Part shown: in pieces, positions 27,071-38,829 of the stretch
Layout of the letters: every line of letters starts with the position of its first letter
Numbering within the stretch: the stretch's first letter is position 1
Assembly: GCF_018350175.1 (NCBI RefSeq)
Contig: NC_058368.1
Location: 61,444,001 to 61,508,000 of the forward strand
Length of the DNA stretch: 64,000 nucleotides
Direction: 5' to 3'
From: Felis catus
Lineage: Eukaryota
Notes under the pieces: model-generated
Told to the model about the DNA's origin: nothing
Seen by the model: only the letters and a program-made list of their open reading frames with translations
Databases searched by the model: none
Made by a program: the position numbers and the translations under genes

Positions 27071-27371
27071 TGTAGTGGTAAGTAGCACACAGGGAGTTGG
27101 GACGCTGAGACTTTTCTTTCCAGGATGCAGCTTTATTCATGTCAGCATGAGCTCAGCGGGCTAAGACCCAAAATGCTGAGCCCCAAGTGCAGCACAGGGT
27201 TGGCTTTTGTATAATTTTTGCTCTTTTGTCTCCCATATATGGTAGTATACAGTCTGAATGTGTGGTCTATGTTACAGAGCCATGAGGAAAGTCGCACACG
27301 TGCACATAGCCAGATTGCCTTCCCTTGTCTTGAGGTTTTCACCACATTCCTTAGGGAGGAGTTCTACCACA
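27071..27371 (-). repeat. 3' LTR of provirus
   Basis: Direct repeat of 33535-33830; preceded on the minus strand by PPT aaaggggggaa (27372-27382); AATAAA on minus strand. Confidence 0.95.
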
Positions 27372-27434
27372 TTCCCCCCTTTGATGTTTGGACCCCCTAT
27401 TTTGGGTCAACGAGCATCATCTTGGTTTAGAGGT

Positions 27435-29505
27435 TTATATTTCCATAACATCATCACATGTGTTCATTTTCCTTTTGACCATTACCTCAATGAGGCTGGT
27501 GACAGACAGTATAACCAGGGAAGCTAGGCAAGGAAGCAAGCAAGCTCCCAAAATAAAGAGGATGATTCCTGCAAGGATTTTGAATCCCCCAAGAGTTGAA
27601 AACCATCCTCTGAATAACTCCTTGGTTCCCAACCTTTCCAGGTCTGGACTGGGACATGAGCCCTTTCTCATTTAATCTGTGGTGTCCTCTATGACTTTTC
27701 CTTCATCACCCATCTGTAGGCAGCAGTTGCTCATGTTAAACTTTCCACAAACTCCTCCCTCAGAAGCAAGCAAATAATCTAAGGCCAAGCAATTTTGATA
27801 GATAGCATTGCACATTTTGTTCTGCTGCTTGGCTCATAAGTTAAGAGCTCTGGCAGTTTCATGGGTTATAATTTCTACAACTACTTGCAGTCTGATTATG
27901 TGCTTTAGCATGTAAGTGGGAGTGCAGTAGCCCCAGGACCCATCCTCTGCCCAGGTGGTAGGACCATAATATTGGATTATACGCTTGGGAGGCCATTCAT
28001 CATCTTTCCAATTACCAATACTTAGGGCACATCATTTCCTTTGAGTTTCCCTGTCTCCATACATTTGGACTCCCAAATGTTCCCCTCTGGCAAGTGGGAG
28101 CAGAAAGAAATATGGACAAATAGTTCCCAGCACACATGATCCTAACAAGCCTGAGGGAAGTCTTGTAGAGGCCATCCTTCCACATATCCAGTACAGTCTA
28201 CCTGGGCCTCACCATTTGATGGCTGTGTCAACATTGCCCCAGGACTCTTGGAGATGAGAGAAAGACAAGGGGTGGGTACTTGGTTCAAGGTGACCTGGGG
28301 ATCCCCACCATTGGGTTTCCTGGGTGGTTGAGTTATAAAATCTTTGGCCTAGGCATGTTGAGCTTTCGACAGAAGTGGTAACATTCTTCCCCATCGGCCA
28401 AGGCAGTTTTTCCCAATGATTGAAATTTTGAGGAGCCAAACTTTGGTAGTAGGACTGGGGTATTCTGTTCCATTATAAGGTTTGTGGGGATCTAATTCTC
28501 CAGCCTCCCATGGCCATTGATTCCCCCATGTTGGTTCTCCCCACATATATAGCAAAAAGAGATCTTCAGAGTCTGGGCTGTAGTCTCTTCTAGGTCTACA
28601 AACAAGTCCCTTGCTGTGACTGAAATGGGAAGGGGGGGTGCTGTTTCTTACTTCTTTGTAGAAGGAGTGGAAGACTTGATGAGACATGGTTGGATGGGTG
28701 GTAGTGACTCTCTTGAAATATAGCACACTCCCTGGTTCTCTGCCTCACCCATAGATCTGGATGCCAATTCTGGTGCCTCATTGTCATTTGGAATCTCCTG
28801 GGTTAATGATAGTACAATTAACAGGGTTACAGGCCTTTGATTGACAACCTTATGTAGCTGCCCCCTTCTGAAGGAGTACTGTTGTGCCTTCTTTTTTCCA
28901 AGTAGCCCATGAAACACAACTCCAGCGGGGGCATAAAAACTCAGGTGTATAGGCACATAAACTGTTTTCCTCACACATGTATTGGTCACTGAGTCAGTAT
29001 TCACACTCCCAATCTAAACCTCTGCATGATATATCAGGAGTCCTTGGACACTCTATGACAAGAGCCCACATTTTTTTTGTGATAGATGCCGCTGGACCTG
29101 TTCCTATTACTGCACATATGTCAAACAGCATTGACACCAGTCGTTTTGTGTTAGTGATTTGTGTCCGGCTGACCAAGGCCCCGCCCTTCTTGGTAGGATC
29201 AGACTTCTACCCAACCAACTGGGGGGATATTGAGGGTCAAGGCAAGTGTATGGACTCTCCTGTTGGCAGATAGAATAGGTGGTTTTATTGTGTCTGCATG
29301 TCCCTGGGACTTTTCCTTGGTATGAGAAGCGGGTATGGTATAGTAAGGTGCAAGTGACTCCCTGGCCTAATTTGGGTACGTGAATACATGGGTCACTTGA
29401 TGAGAGATCTAGGTCTACATAAGGGGTCCAGATTAGAAGCAACCAATACCAATGAAGGATCCTATCTACAAAGGGAAGGTGAGTGCTAACAAAAACTCTC
29501 ACCAT
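27435..29505 (-). pseudogene. env: ERV env, full span but with stops and frameshifts
   Basis: Fragments [106 protein letters not shown] match ERV3-type env. Confidence 0.93.
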
Positions 29506-29652
29506 ACTTTCAGGTGGTCAGGGCAGCCTCTGGAGAAGCAAGGCATGACACAAGGGGTGACAGTGCATCACAGTAAGGGAACATATAGAAAATAAGGACA
29601 GTCTTTTTGTTCCACTGGACCGTTGATTCCTCAAGCTTCTGCTGTGTGTAGA

Positions 29653-30800
29653 TTAGTCAGCTTCTGGAGTGACTAAAGCAGGGCTGCAACCTCCCAGAGC
29701 CTCTGGAGTTGCAGATTGTTTCTTTTGTATAGTCAGCTTGCAGGGCATTGATGGATCAGGAATGCACTCCCAGTTTCGAGATGCCAGCTTCATTCTGCTG
29801 TGGTGAATCCAGGGATCCACTTTGGCTATCTTTACTGCAGTATGGGAGGACAAAATGACAGTGAACAGGCCCCTCCAGAGGGGTTTTAGGGGTTGGACAT
29901 TCCACTCCTTCACCCATACAGCATCTCTGGTTTTCAGGAGTGAGCATCTATGGTCAGATTCAGGTAATTGCTCCCTAACCTAGGGGTGTAAGGTGGCTAG
30001 GGTAGAGCCAAGAGCCCTCATCTGTTGCTTTAGGGTTAGATTACCTGTCTCATTTAGATCCCCCATTATAACCTTGATAACAGGGAGGAAGACACCCATA
30101 AAGTGCCCATAAAGGATTTCATAAGGGGAGAACCCCATCTGCTTAGTGGGGCTACATCTGATTCTTAATGAAGTGATTGACAACAGCTGGTCCCAGTGTA
30201 GGTGGGTTTCCTGACATAGTTTATGTAATTGCAGCTTCAAGGTACAGTTCATTTGTTCCACCATCCCAGAGCTCTGGGGTCGGTATATTGTGTGTAACTT
30301 TCAGGTGATCTTTAACCCCTTTGCCACCAGCTACACCACTTCAGCCACTCGTGCTGGCCTGTTATCTGATCCCATAGTGATAGGGAACCCAAATTGAGGA
30401 ATGATTTCTTTTAGAACAAGTTAGGCCACTTCCTGTGCCTCAATGATAGAATTCAGGTCACTATGGAGAACGCTGCAAGGTGTTCTCCCTCTTTTACAAA
30501 ACTGCAACTGTTGGTGAAATATCATCAGGGTCCTTGAGGGGCTGGTCCCTCAAGTCTGGTCTGCTGAAGAACACCTCACCCATGACTTCCATGCAGTAAT
30601 GATCTGGTTGACCTGGCCTGACAGGCAGTAGGGTTGCAGGGTTTAGGGTCTGCACTGCTTCTAGGTGAATGCATGGGTTTTCTGGCCCAGTCCTGGTGTG
30701 TCCTCAGCCCACACCCCCAGTGCTCTGTAGGGCAGCTCAGGTCCCTGTTATGGCTCCTCCATGAAACTGTAGAGGCACCATTCTTCCCCTTGGGGAATCA
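29653..30800 (-). pseudogene. pol: ERV pol remnant: RT N-terminus fused to tether/RNase H start, fused to integrase C-half
   Basis: GVWAEDTPGL | ENPCIHLEAVQTLNPATLLP...SRPDLRDQPL...NSIIEA | QEVA..LKEIIPQFG..SDN...MVEQMNCTLK...WRGLFTVILSSHTAVK..WIHHSRMK. Confidence 0.9.
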
Positions 30801-31171
30801 TGAGTGTCATAATCTTTGCTTCTGCTTTCATAGGGTCAGAACAGGTTTCTGTGGGAGTTGAAAGTTATCTGGGCCTGCAGCTTTCCCCAAAGGTCTCAAC
30901 ACATTAAAGCCACAGGGCAATTGGGGAGATACAGGAATTCATGGATGATTTTATGGCTGCCCAAGTTGCATCGCTGAGGCATCAGGAAGGGACAGCATGT
31001 CCTATTGCCCATGGCCCCCACAATGGTGGCTTGTCCCTGTGAGAAGGGCCTCATGGTTTGGGTTACCACTGAGCATTCTGTCCCTGTATCTACCATGAAG
31101 TCAATGGGTCAACCCTGCACATTAATTCAGACCATAGGCTCTTGGGGACCTAACAAAATAGAGCCTGGTCT
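30800..31171 (-). pseudogene. pro: ERV protease
   Basis: FMVDTGTECSVV aspartyl-protease motif and HEFLYLPNCPVALM; in frame after the gag TAG stop. Confidence 0.9.
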
Positions 31172-31174
31172 CTA

Positions 31175-32900
31175 CTAGTCTTCCTCATGGTCTTTCATGT
31201 TGGTTAGCCCCACAAAATCATCTTTGGGGCCCCCTGAGGCTGTGATGCTGGTTGGTACTGGCCCTGGACCACATGGCCTCTTTCTTTCTGCTTGGGGCTC
31301 TACTGAGAATTACCCAGACATAGGGGGCACTCATTTTTCCAGTGGCCTTCCTGACAACAGTGAGCATACTGGTCCTGTCCTAACTTTGGTCCTGGGTGAG
31401 ATGATCCTGTCCGTAGTTCCCCTTTTTGGCCATAGCCCCATCCCTGCAGGGCAACTTCCTGGGAACACTCTGACTGTTCCACCAAGACAGCAGCTAAGAA
31501 GTCTGCCTTTTTCTGTATCTTCTGGTGTTCTTCCCTCATGGTTGGCAAACACCTTAGTTGCTACTTCCCACAACTGACTAGTATTCATGCCGGCAAAACC
31601 CTCTAGCTTTTGCAGCTTGCACCTGATGTCCCCTTGGGCCTGACCTACAAAAGACTCACTGACCATCCACTGGTTTAACAGATATCTCTGGATCAAAAGG
31701 GGTGTACAGATGAAATGCCTCACATAGTCTGTCATAGAACTGGCTCGGGCCCTCATAGAACTGGCTCAGAGCACTTCTGATGTTTTACTCATATTTATGG
31801 CCTTCCCCCTCTTCTTCCTTCATGTCAAATAAAAGGGCTTCTTGATACTGTTCAGTCCTTGTGAGCCCTCCATCTACATTTGAATCATTTGGGTCCCATT
31901 TGGGGTCCTCCCCAGGGAAGTGAGCCTGAGTATAAGCCTAGGTGTCTAGCATCCCAGCTGGGGCATTCTCCTTTAACCATTTTAGGGCTGCCTGGGTAAT
32001 TTGGTGACACACCGCCGTGTTGAAGAGGGTCATGAGGAGTTGGCGGCAGTCCATCCAAGTAGGCTTATGGGTGTAAACTATGGACTGCATTAGTTCAATC
32101 ATAGCCTGGGGCTTATCTGTATAGGGGGGATTATGGTGTTTCCAATTTAGGAGATCCATAATGGTAAAGGGTTGGGTATACAAAAACATGCTTTGCACCT
32201 TGGATCTGACCTTTGTGATCCTAATAGATGGGTCCCCTAGTTTCCCTCAGTGGCATCATTAGGGCTCCCTGGTGTTGCTGCAGGGAAGGACTGTCTCTGC
32301 TGGCCTGATCTTCTAGTCACCTTCAATCAGGGGTGTATGAGGTTAGGACCTGTGGTCTGAGTGATCCAGTCACATCTGGAGAGGCCAGAGGTGTTAGAGA
32401 TGGCAAGGCCCTGGGACTAGGGGCAGGCTTCAGTGGGGTTTCAGCAGCCTGGGCGGCTGGAGGCACAGGTGGCAGTGAGGGGTACAGTGGGGCATATGGC
32501 AGTGGGGTCCCCTCAGGATCTCCCAACAATATGGGTTTTTCAGTTTTGGGCTGGTATTTGGAGGATGCTGTGACATGAAACCTCATAACTTTACAGTTCT
32601 CTTCAATAGAGACTTTTAGCCAAGGTGGCTGGGATAGGACCATGTCTTGTCAACAGTCAATGTAAAGAAATTGGTCAGGGTGGCCTGGATCCCCCACAGT
32701 GACCCTGAATGCTCGTCTAACTAGTTCCTTATCAAGTGAAACCTCGAGGGCCAGCCCAACCCGAACGATGGCCAATCAATTTCAAAGAATGTATGGAACT
32801 TTCTGAGAGTTAACTTCATACCATAATCTCCTGACTATCCTTTTTTGAAATTCCTCAACATACACTCTAGGGGAGTAGGTTTACTGCGCTTTCAACCCAT
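31175..32900 (-). pseudogene. gag: ERV gag
   Basis: MG*KRSKPTPLECMLRNFKKG..GDYG start, PYAPLYP region, YTQPFTIMDLLNWKHHNPPY capsid, DIRCKLQKLEGF, CCHC-like QEGHWKNECP; TAG at 31175-31177. Confidence 0.92.
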
Positions 32901-33512
32901 TTCCTCCCCCTAATGGACAACTTTCATGCACAAGAGAGGAAAAAGGGAGAAAGGAGGGATTAATTTGGAGAGGACACACACTCGCTTCATCATTCATCTG
33001 CTCTCCTCTCAGAGATATTTCAGGTGCCTCTTAGCATTGGTGGGTTCAGTGTCAAGCCCTCACTGGGATCAGACTTCTGAGGAAGTCTGATGCTGCCCTG
33101 AGCCACATGAACTGTGGATTGGGACTCAACACTTGCTTTGGCCCACTGGTCAGGTTAGAAACTTTCCACTGTTTGTCTCATTCACATAAAGTCACACAGC
33201 AACTCCAACCCACTGCCCAGTGCCCAGCGCCTTAGAGGGCAACTCTGGGAGGTGATCAGGCCTCCCTTCTGACTCTTAGAGGAAGGTCTACCAAAATTAA
33301 CCCGGGTTCTTACCAGTATGACAGGTGATACTCCCTGAGGTAGTTCCTGGGCCTCACCAGGTTCCTTTGTGCTTCTGGGGCCCCTCACCCTGGGGCACCA
33401 GGAGGGACTAGTCTCCTACGGATCAAGTGGTCCATTGACACCAGGTGAGGTCACCTCTCCTGGTGCCCTGAGGTTTGTATCCTGGCAAAAGTAGGTGAAA
33501 CGCTTTCTCCAC

Positions 33513-33530
33513 ATCCTGGATGAGCCCCAC
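33513..33530 (-). promoter_or_regulatory. Primer-binding site, tRNA-Pro-like
   Basis: Minus strand GTGGGGCTCATCCAGGAT versus PBS-Pro TGGGGGCTCGTCCGGGAT; two of the differences are CpG-type transitions. Confidence 0.8.
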
Positions 33531-33534
33531 GAAA

Positions 33535-33830
33535 TGTAGCGGTGAGTTACACACAGAGAGTCGGGACACCAAGGCTTTTCTTTTCAAGAAGCAACTTTAT
33601 TCATGCCAGCATGGGCTCAGCAGGCTAAGACCCACAAGGCTGAGCCCCAAGTGCAGCAGGGAGGTTGATTTTTGTACAATTTTTGCCCCTTTGTCTCTCA
33701 TATATGATAAGATACAGTCTGAATGTGTGGTTTATGTTCCAGAGTCATGAGGAATGCCCCACACATAGCCAGGTTGCCTTCCCTTGTCTAGAAATTTTCA
33801 CCACATTCCTTAGGGAGAGGCTTTACCACA
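33535..33830 (-). repeat. 5' LTR of provirus
   Basis: Direct repeat of 27071-27371, adjacent to the PBS. Confidence 0.95.
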
Positions 33831-34009
33831 GCAGGTTCTAGCTAAGATGGAGTAATCACAGTCCACCGTGTCTCATCTACAGAATGCAGCAATTAAACCT
33901 TGACATAGTAAATTTCACAGTTATTCATGGTGTCAGAAAAGTAAACAGTAACAAGCAGATTAGAGTAGAAGACTATGAAAATAAGAGTGAGTTTACCATT
34001 TTTTTTTTT

Positions 34010-34310
34010 CCTGAATGAAAGAAATTTGCTTGGAAGGTTGCATGCTGCATGGTTCCATTTATATGGCATTCCTGAAAAGAAAGAAATAGAGAAAGAGCAG
34101 ATTTGTGGTTACCAGGAATTAAGGGTGGAGAAGGATGTTACTCCAGAGGGATAACTCAAAGTAGTAGTTTTGGGGATGATGGAACTGTTGTCTGCCCTCA
34201 CTCTGATTGTGGTTTAAACAAACTGTGCATGTGTTATGTAATTCATAGGCCTATACACACACAAAGTTATTTTTACTGTATTAGCAATTAAAATAACATA
34301 AAGTAAAATA
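34010..34310 (+). mobile_element. Old L1M 3' end fragment
   Basis: gcatggttccatttatatggcattc...gtggttaccagg...ggggatgatggaactgtt motif. Confidence 0.7.
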
Positions 34311-34362
34311 ATACTGATGCTTATTCTGTGCTTCAAATAATTAGTTGATCTTATGTGGGGAC

Positions 34363-34753
34363 TGATGTGGGTTTTGGATTTGTGGTGGGAATCTGGAGCC
34401 TATGGCCAAGAAGTTCTTGAGATGTCTTTGGTGCAAAAAAGTGGTTTTATTATAGTGCAGTCACAGGACCCCTGGGCAGGAAGAGACACCCTAGGTGGTC
34501 AGGAAAGACTGATCATATGCTTGGGAGTTCAGGAGGTTTATGAAAGGATTTTCATATGCTAAGGAAGACCCACAGGATCCTGGAAGCCTAGCTAAGGTTG
34601 TTTTTACCCTCTAGCAAAGCATTAATATTAACACATTAGGGAGTTCCTGGAGGAATGTTTTACTCATCTGCCTCAAGTATTTGTCAATGGGCTGCAGGTT
34701 ATAAGGTAATTTAATTTTATCTACACTTCCTTCTGCCGTTGTTTCCCACATCA
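34363..34753 (-). mobile_element. Solo LTR
   Basis: 9-bp terminal inverted repeat tgatgtggg...cccacatca, TSD gggac/ggaac, AATAAA on minus strand. Confidence 0.85.
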
Positions 34754-34964
34754 GGAACCAGATAATTTCTGAAAGCAGCTCATGCAATTTCGGTACAAAT
34801 CCAACGATGGAAACCATTACAGTAGACCCTGTTGTAACCACTAGATGCATCTCCAATTTTTTTTTCTGTTAATTTTAAGTAGCTTAATCTTTTGTGGAAA
34901 GCAATTACCTTTTTCTAGACATTATTTAATTTCCTAGAGAGCTACATGCTACAGTATGAGTGTT

Positions 34965-35057
34965 GCACTCTTGATTTTGGCTGAGGTCATGATCTCACAG
35001 TTCATGAATTGAAACCTCTCATCAGGCTCTGTGCTGACAGCATGGAGCCTGCTTGGG

Positions 35058-35107
<50 letters not shown>

Positions 35108-35142
35108 CTTCCCGCTTCAAAAATAAATAAACACTAAAAAAA
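34965..35142 (+). mobile_element. 5'-truncated CAN-SINE
   Basis: SINE body from actcttgattttggct, (CT)n, aaaataaataaa tail. Confidence 0.88.
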
Positions 35143-38095
35143 TGTAACTAACTCAAAGACTAAAATTTTAGGCTTTTTCTGCCTTTCCCAATTTGTCCCC
35201 ATATTTTTGTCATTCTAATAAGAATGGCAGTTAATAAACTGCCATGATTATTACTGTTGTGCAAACATTATGGGCCTGAGTTCAGTCCTCAGTCTCCCTG
35301 CCATTAAAATGCCTCCCATGCAGTTATAACAGTGAGATCCTTCAATACTCCACACACCATCCGTTTGGTTTTCCCTTCTTTGTTAAGCTTAACTAAGTGT
35401 AAAACTAAGTGTAAATGAAGAGCTAAGTGTAAACCTTTTCTGAAGGAAAAGTGAGAGAATTCATTCTCTAATTTTCCAGAATAAATAATATGAGATAATT
35501 GGGAAAATTTATGAGGCAGTTCAAATGAGATCACTGTAAGAAAGAGATGTTTAGTGCTTCTCCACTTCAAAATGCCCCAAAGATATTTACATAGCAATGT
35601 CAGCAGGACAGCTTTTGAAAATTGTACATTTCAAGATTATGAATTTAAATTCTCTTGAGTGGGGCATAACAATCTCTACTTTTCAAAACCCACAGTGATG
35701 TTGATTGATGCCAATTTGGAGAATTAATGGTCCATTTATCCCCATTCAAAATCCTGTTGGAGCTCTTAACTTTATCCTATTAATCCAATCACCCATAAAA
35801 TTAGATGTTTGTATAACTTGTGTTTGGTGGAGCTGTTTGTACCTACCTACTATTTTTTTGTACTTACCTATTATTAATTGCACTTTATATGCCACACACA
35901 TGGCAAAAAACAACACATTTAAAAACCTTAAAAAAATGATGAAACTAAACTTGAGAGGTTTTGTGTGATTTACTCAAGATCTCAGAGCTAGTAATTAGCC
36001 TGTCTTGACTCTAAAGACAGTGACTTAACCCGCAATAATATATTTTACCCTTGGGTCAATACCCTACATGTCATCACAAAATGAGCTTATTTAACAAATT
36101 GGCAAGATCTTTGACTGATATTTCATTAAATAGAAGTATTGCCTATGAATATAACAGGCTATTTTATAGCCAATGATAGTGTAAAACTCATTGCATCTTT
36201 CTTCATGCAAACCCTGAAGTAACAATGTATAATCTGACTACAAATTTCTCTGGGAAATTGTTAACAAATGTGTACTTAAGAATAATGTATCAATGATATT
36301 TTTATCCACATATGAGGAATAACTCTAGTGCATTAATCTCATGAACACATTGATAATACTTGAAAAATATAAATTTGCAGTTAATATAATTTATGCTAAA
36401 GCCAATAATTATTTAAAATGAAGTATAACAAATTCATTTTATGTTCAGAAGTAATAGACAAATGTTTTCACATATTTTCAACATTATGTTATTATCTTTC
36501 AGTGATATGATAGATAGTAACTATAATCATGTAAGATCAATGAAGCTGATGGCCTTTAAACCTTTGATGTTTTCTTTTCAATATTAAGGATTTTCTTAGT
36601 AACGTTTAGCTAAAAGAGGCAAATAAAGGAAAAATAAAAATAAAGGTAGGAATTTAATGTCATACCTGAGGATTAAAGAAATGCTATAAATTCCTTTTAT
36701 TGAGGCATTTTAGAAAAATATGAAAGAACTGTATAGGTAGCATGAGAATTGTCTACAATCAACTATAGCATTGCACAATGTTTTTCCATCTTTAAATTAA
36801 TTGAAAAAGTTATGATCATTTCAACTGTGGATGGTCAAGTTTCTTTAATAATGAGTATAAAGCTTAAAATCCTACAGAAAATGTTGACAAATTCTTTTCT
36901 TTAAAAAAAGTTCATCAAACTATTTTGTCCATGTAACAGAAACATTGAACTAAAACAGCAAGATATTCTATGTTAAACCATTTCCCAATATTTTAATATC
37001 ACATTTTATTATTCTGCTATATATATATATAATCATAAGGGAGGTAAAATAAAAATCCTTCTCCAACAAATCCTTATCTGTGTCAAAGGAATTTAAATCT
37101 CACAAATTTTATCCCAACACGAATATTGCTTTTATTGCAATAATAACTAACACTGTTCCCAGGCCTTGATGCACAGACAGATATATATTCAGAAATATCA
37201 TAAACTGAATTAGACCAATATATGTTCAAGAACAAAAGAATTCTCTAAAGATCTTAATACCATGTAATCCAACAATAAAATCATCCATACCTAAATATAT
37301 TTCACTAGCATATCTTTAAATTCAATTGGTTGAGGAATCTTTTTTTGCTATTGCAAATGCAAAAGAATTTGCTGTCTTAGAATACATTTTTGTTTTCGTT
37401 TATTTTTGTTTTTCTCCTTTGTATTATCCTATAAAAGTGTAATCAGTGACTTGCTATTATTGGGTTTATTAGCAAACAATTTGATGCTAGTTCCAATATA
37501 TGCAAATGATTTATTTCTAAATATTTTAAAGTTTAGAAAAATCATTTGCATTTTCCTTTTTCCATTGATCATAGTAAGCCTTTGGAAAACAATGGGATTG
37601 ATAAAAAGAAGTCTTTGGAAAACAAAGGTCAGTTTTTCAGTGATTTTTATTTTTTTTCAGTTCTTGGTGACAAAAAGATCCTAGGTGTCCTAGTGCCATT
37701 CTTTTTTTATAAAATATACATATTTAGTCCATTGTTTAGGGCTTGAATAGGTGCTTTTATGCTCATCACCTTCCTTTTCTTAAACTAGTGTCCTTCATTT
37801 TTGAAAGTATGGATTTTTTTTTAAAAAAGAGAGAGGAGTATGTAATTTATAACCTATAAAAAACCAGGTAATTATCTTTAAGCAATAGAAAGATAAATAG
37901 AAAAATTATTTGTCATAGATTTTAAAGTAAAGGTACACCTAACAATGAAGATATCCTTTTATTCTGAAAATTCAAACCCTTCTTCTAGTGTCAGGAAATA
38001 CAATGTCACCTCCTCTCTAATGCTTTCTCAGCCAATGAAAACAATTTAAAAATGAGCTAATATGTAACATATTACATATTATATAAGTGTATATA

Positions 38096-38097
<2 letters not shown>

Positions 38098-38142
<45 letters not shown>
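38098..38142. repeat. (TG)n microsatellite
   Basis: Directly visible. Confidence 0.95.
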
Positions 38143-38148
<6 letters not shown>

Positions 38149-38149
38149 G

Positions 38150-38800
38150 AAAGAGGTTCCTTATGCACTAAAAAGAACTATCTGCTGTATGATCCATCAG
38201 TCCCAATTCTGGTCATATTTCTAAAAAAATGAAGGTAAGATATAGAAGAGATATATACACTCCCATGTTTACTGCAACATTATTCACAATAGTCAAGATA
38301 ATGGAAATAACCTACTTGTTTGTCACAATGGATGGATGGTTAAAGAAGATACAATATATATACACGGTAGAATATTATTCAGCCATAACAAAGACAAAAT
38401 TCTACAATTTGCAACAATGTGTATAAAACTTGAAGGCATGTTACTAAATAAGTCAGACAGAGAAGAATAAATACTTTTTGATGATATCACTTATATGTGA
38501 AATCTATAAAAGCCAAACTTATAAAAACAGAGAGTAGAATGGTAGTTATTAGAGGCTGGGGCTTGGGTGGGGGAAATGGGAAAATGTTGGTCAAAGAATA
38601 CAAATGTCCAATTATAAAATGAACTAGTTCTGGATATCTAAAGTGCAGGATGGTGATTATAGCTAATAATATTGTATTATATACTTGAAAGTTTCTGAGA
38701 GAGTACATCTTAAATGTTACTACATTTTAAAAAACAGTAATTATATAATGGAGTTGTTAGCTGGTTATCGTTTTGCAATATGTAAGTATAAAAAATCACA
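38150..38800 (+). mobile_element. L1MA-type 3' fragment
   Basis: ORF2 C-terminal remnant TPMFTATLFTIVK..GWLKKIQYIYTVEYYSAI and 3'UTR. Confidence 0.85.
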
Positions 38801-38829
38801 TTTTTTAGTGGTTTTATTTTTTTTATAGC

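Larger units (their letters stand above)
27071..33830 (-). mobile_element. Class I (gamma-like) endogenous retrovirus, ERV3/HERV-E-like, with most of pol deleted
   Basis: Two ~300-bp LTRs (TG...CA), 4-bp TSD gcag at 27067-27070 and 33831-33834, PBS, PPT, and gag, pro, partial pol and env remnants. Confidence 0.96.

Noticed and set aside
27435..29505. Domesticated, syncytin-like env gene
   Set aside because: env is broken by multiple stops and frameshifts.
35392..35433. Three copies of ctaagtgtaaa as a CRISPR-like or regulatory array
   Set aside because: Tiny local slippage duplication in eukaryotic DNA with no spacers of regular length.
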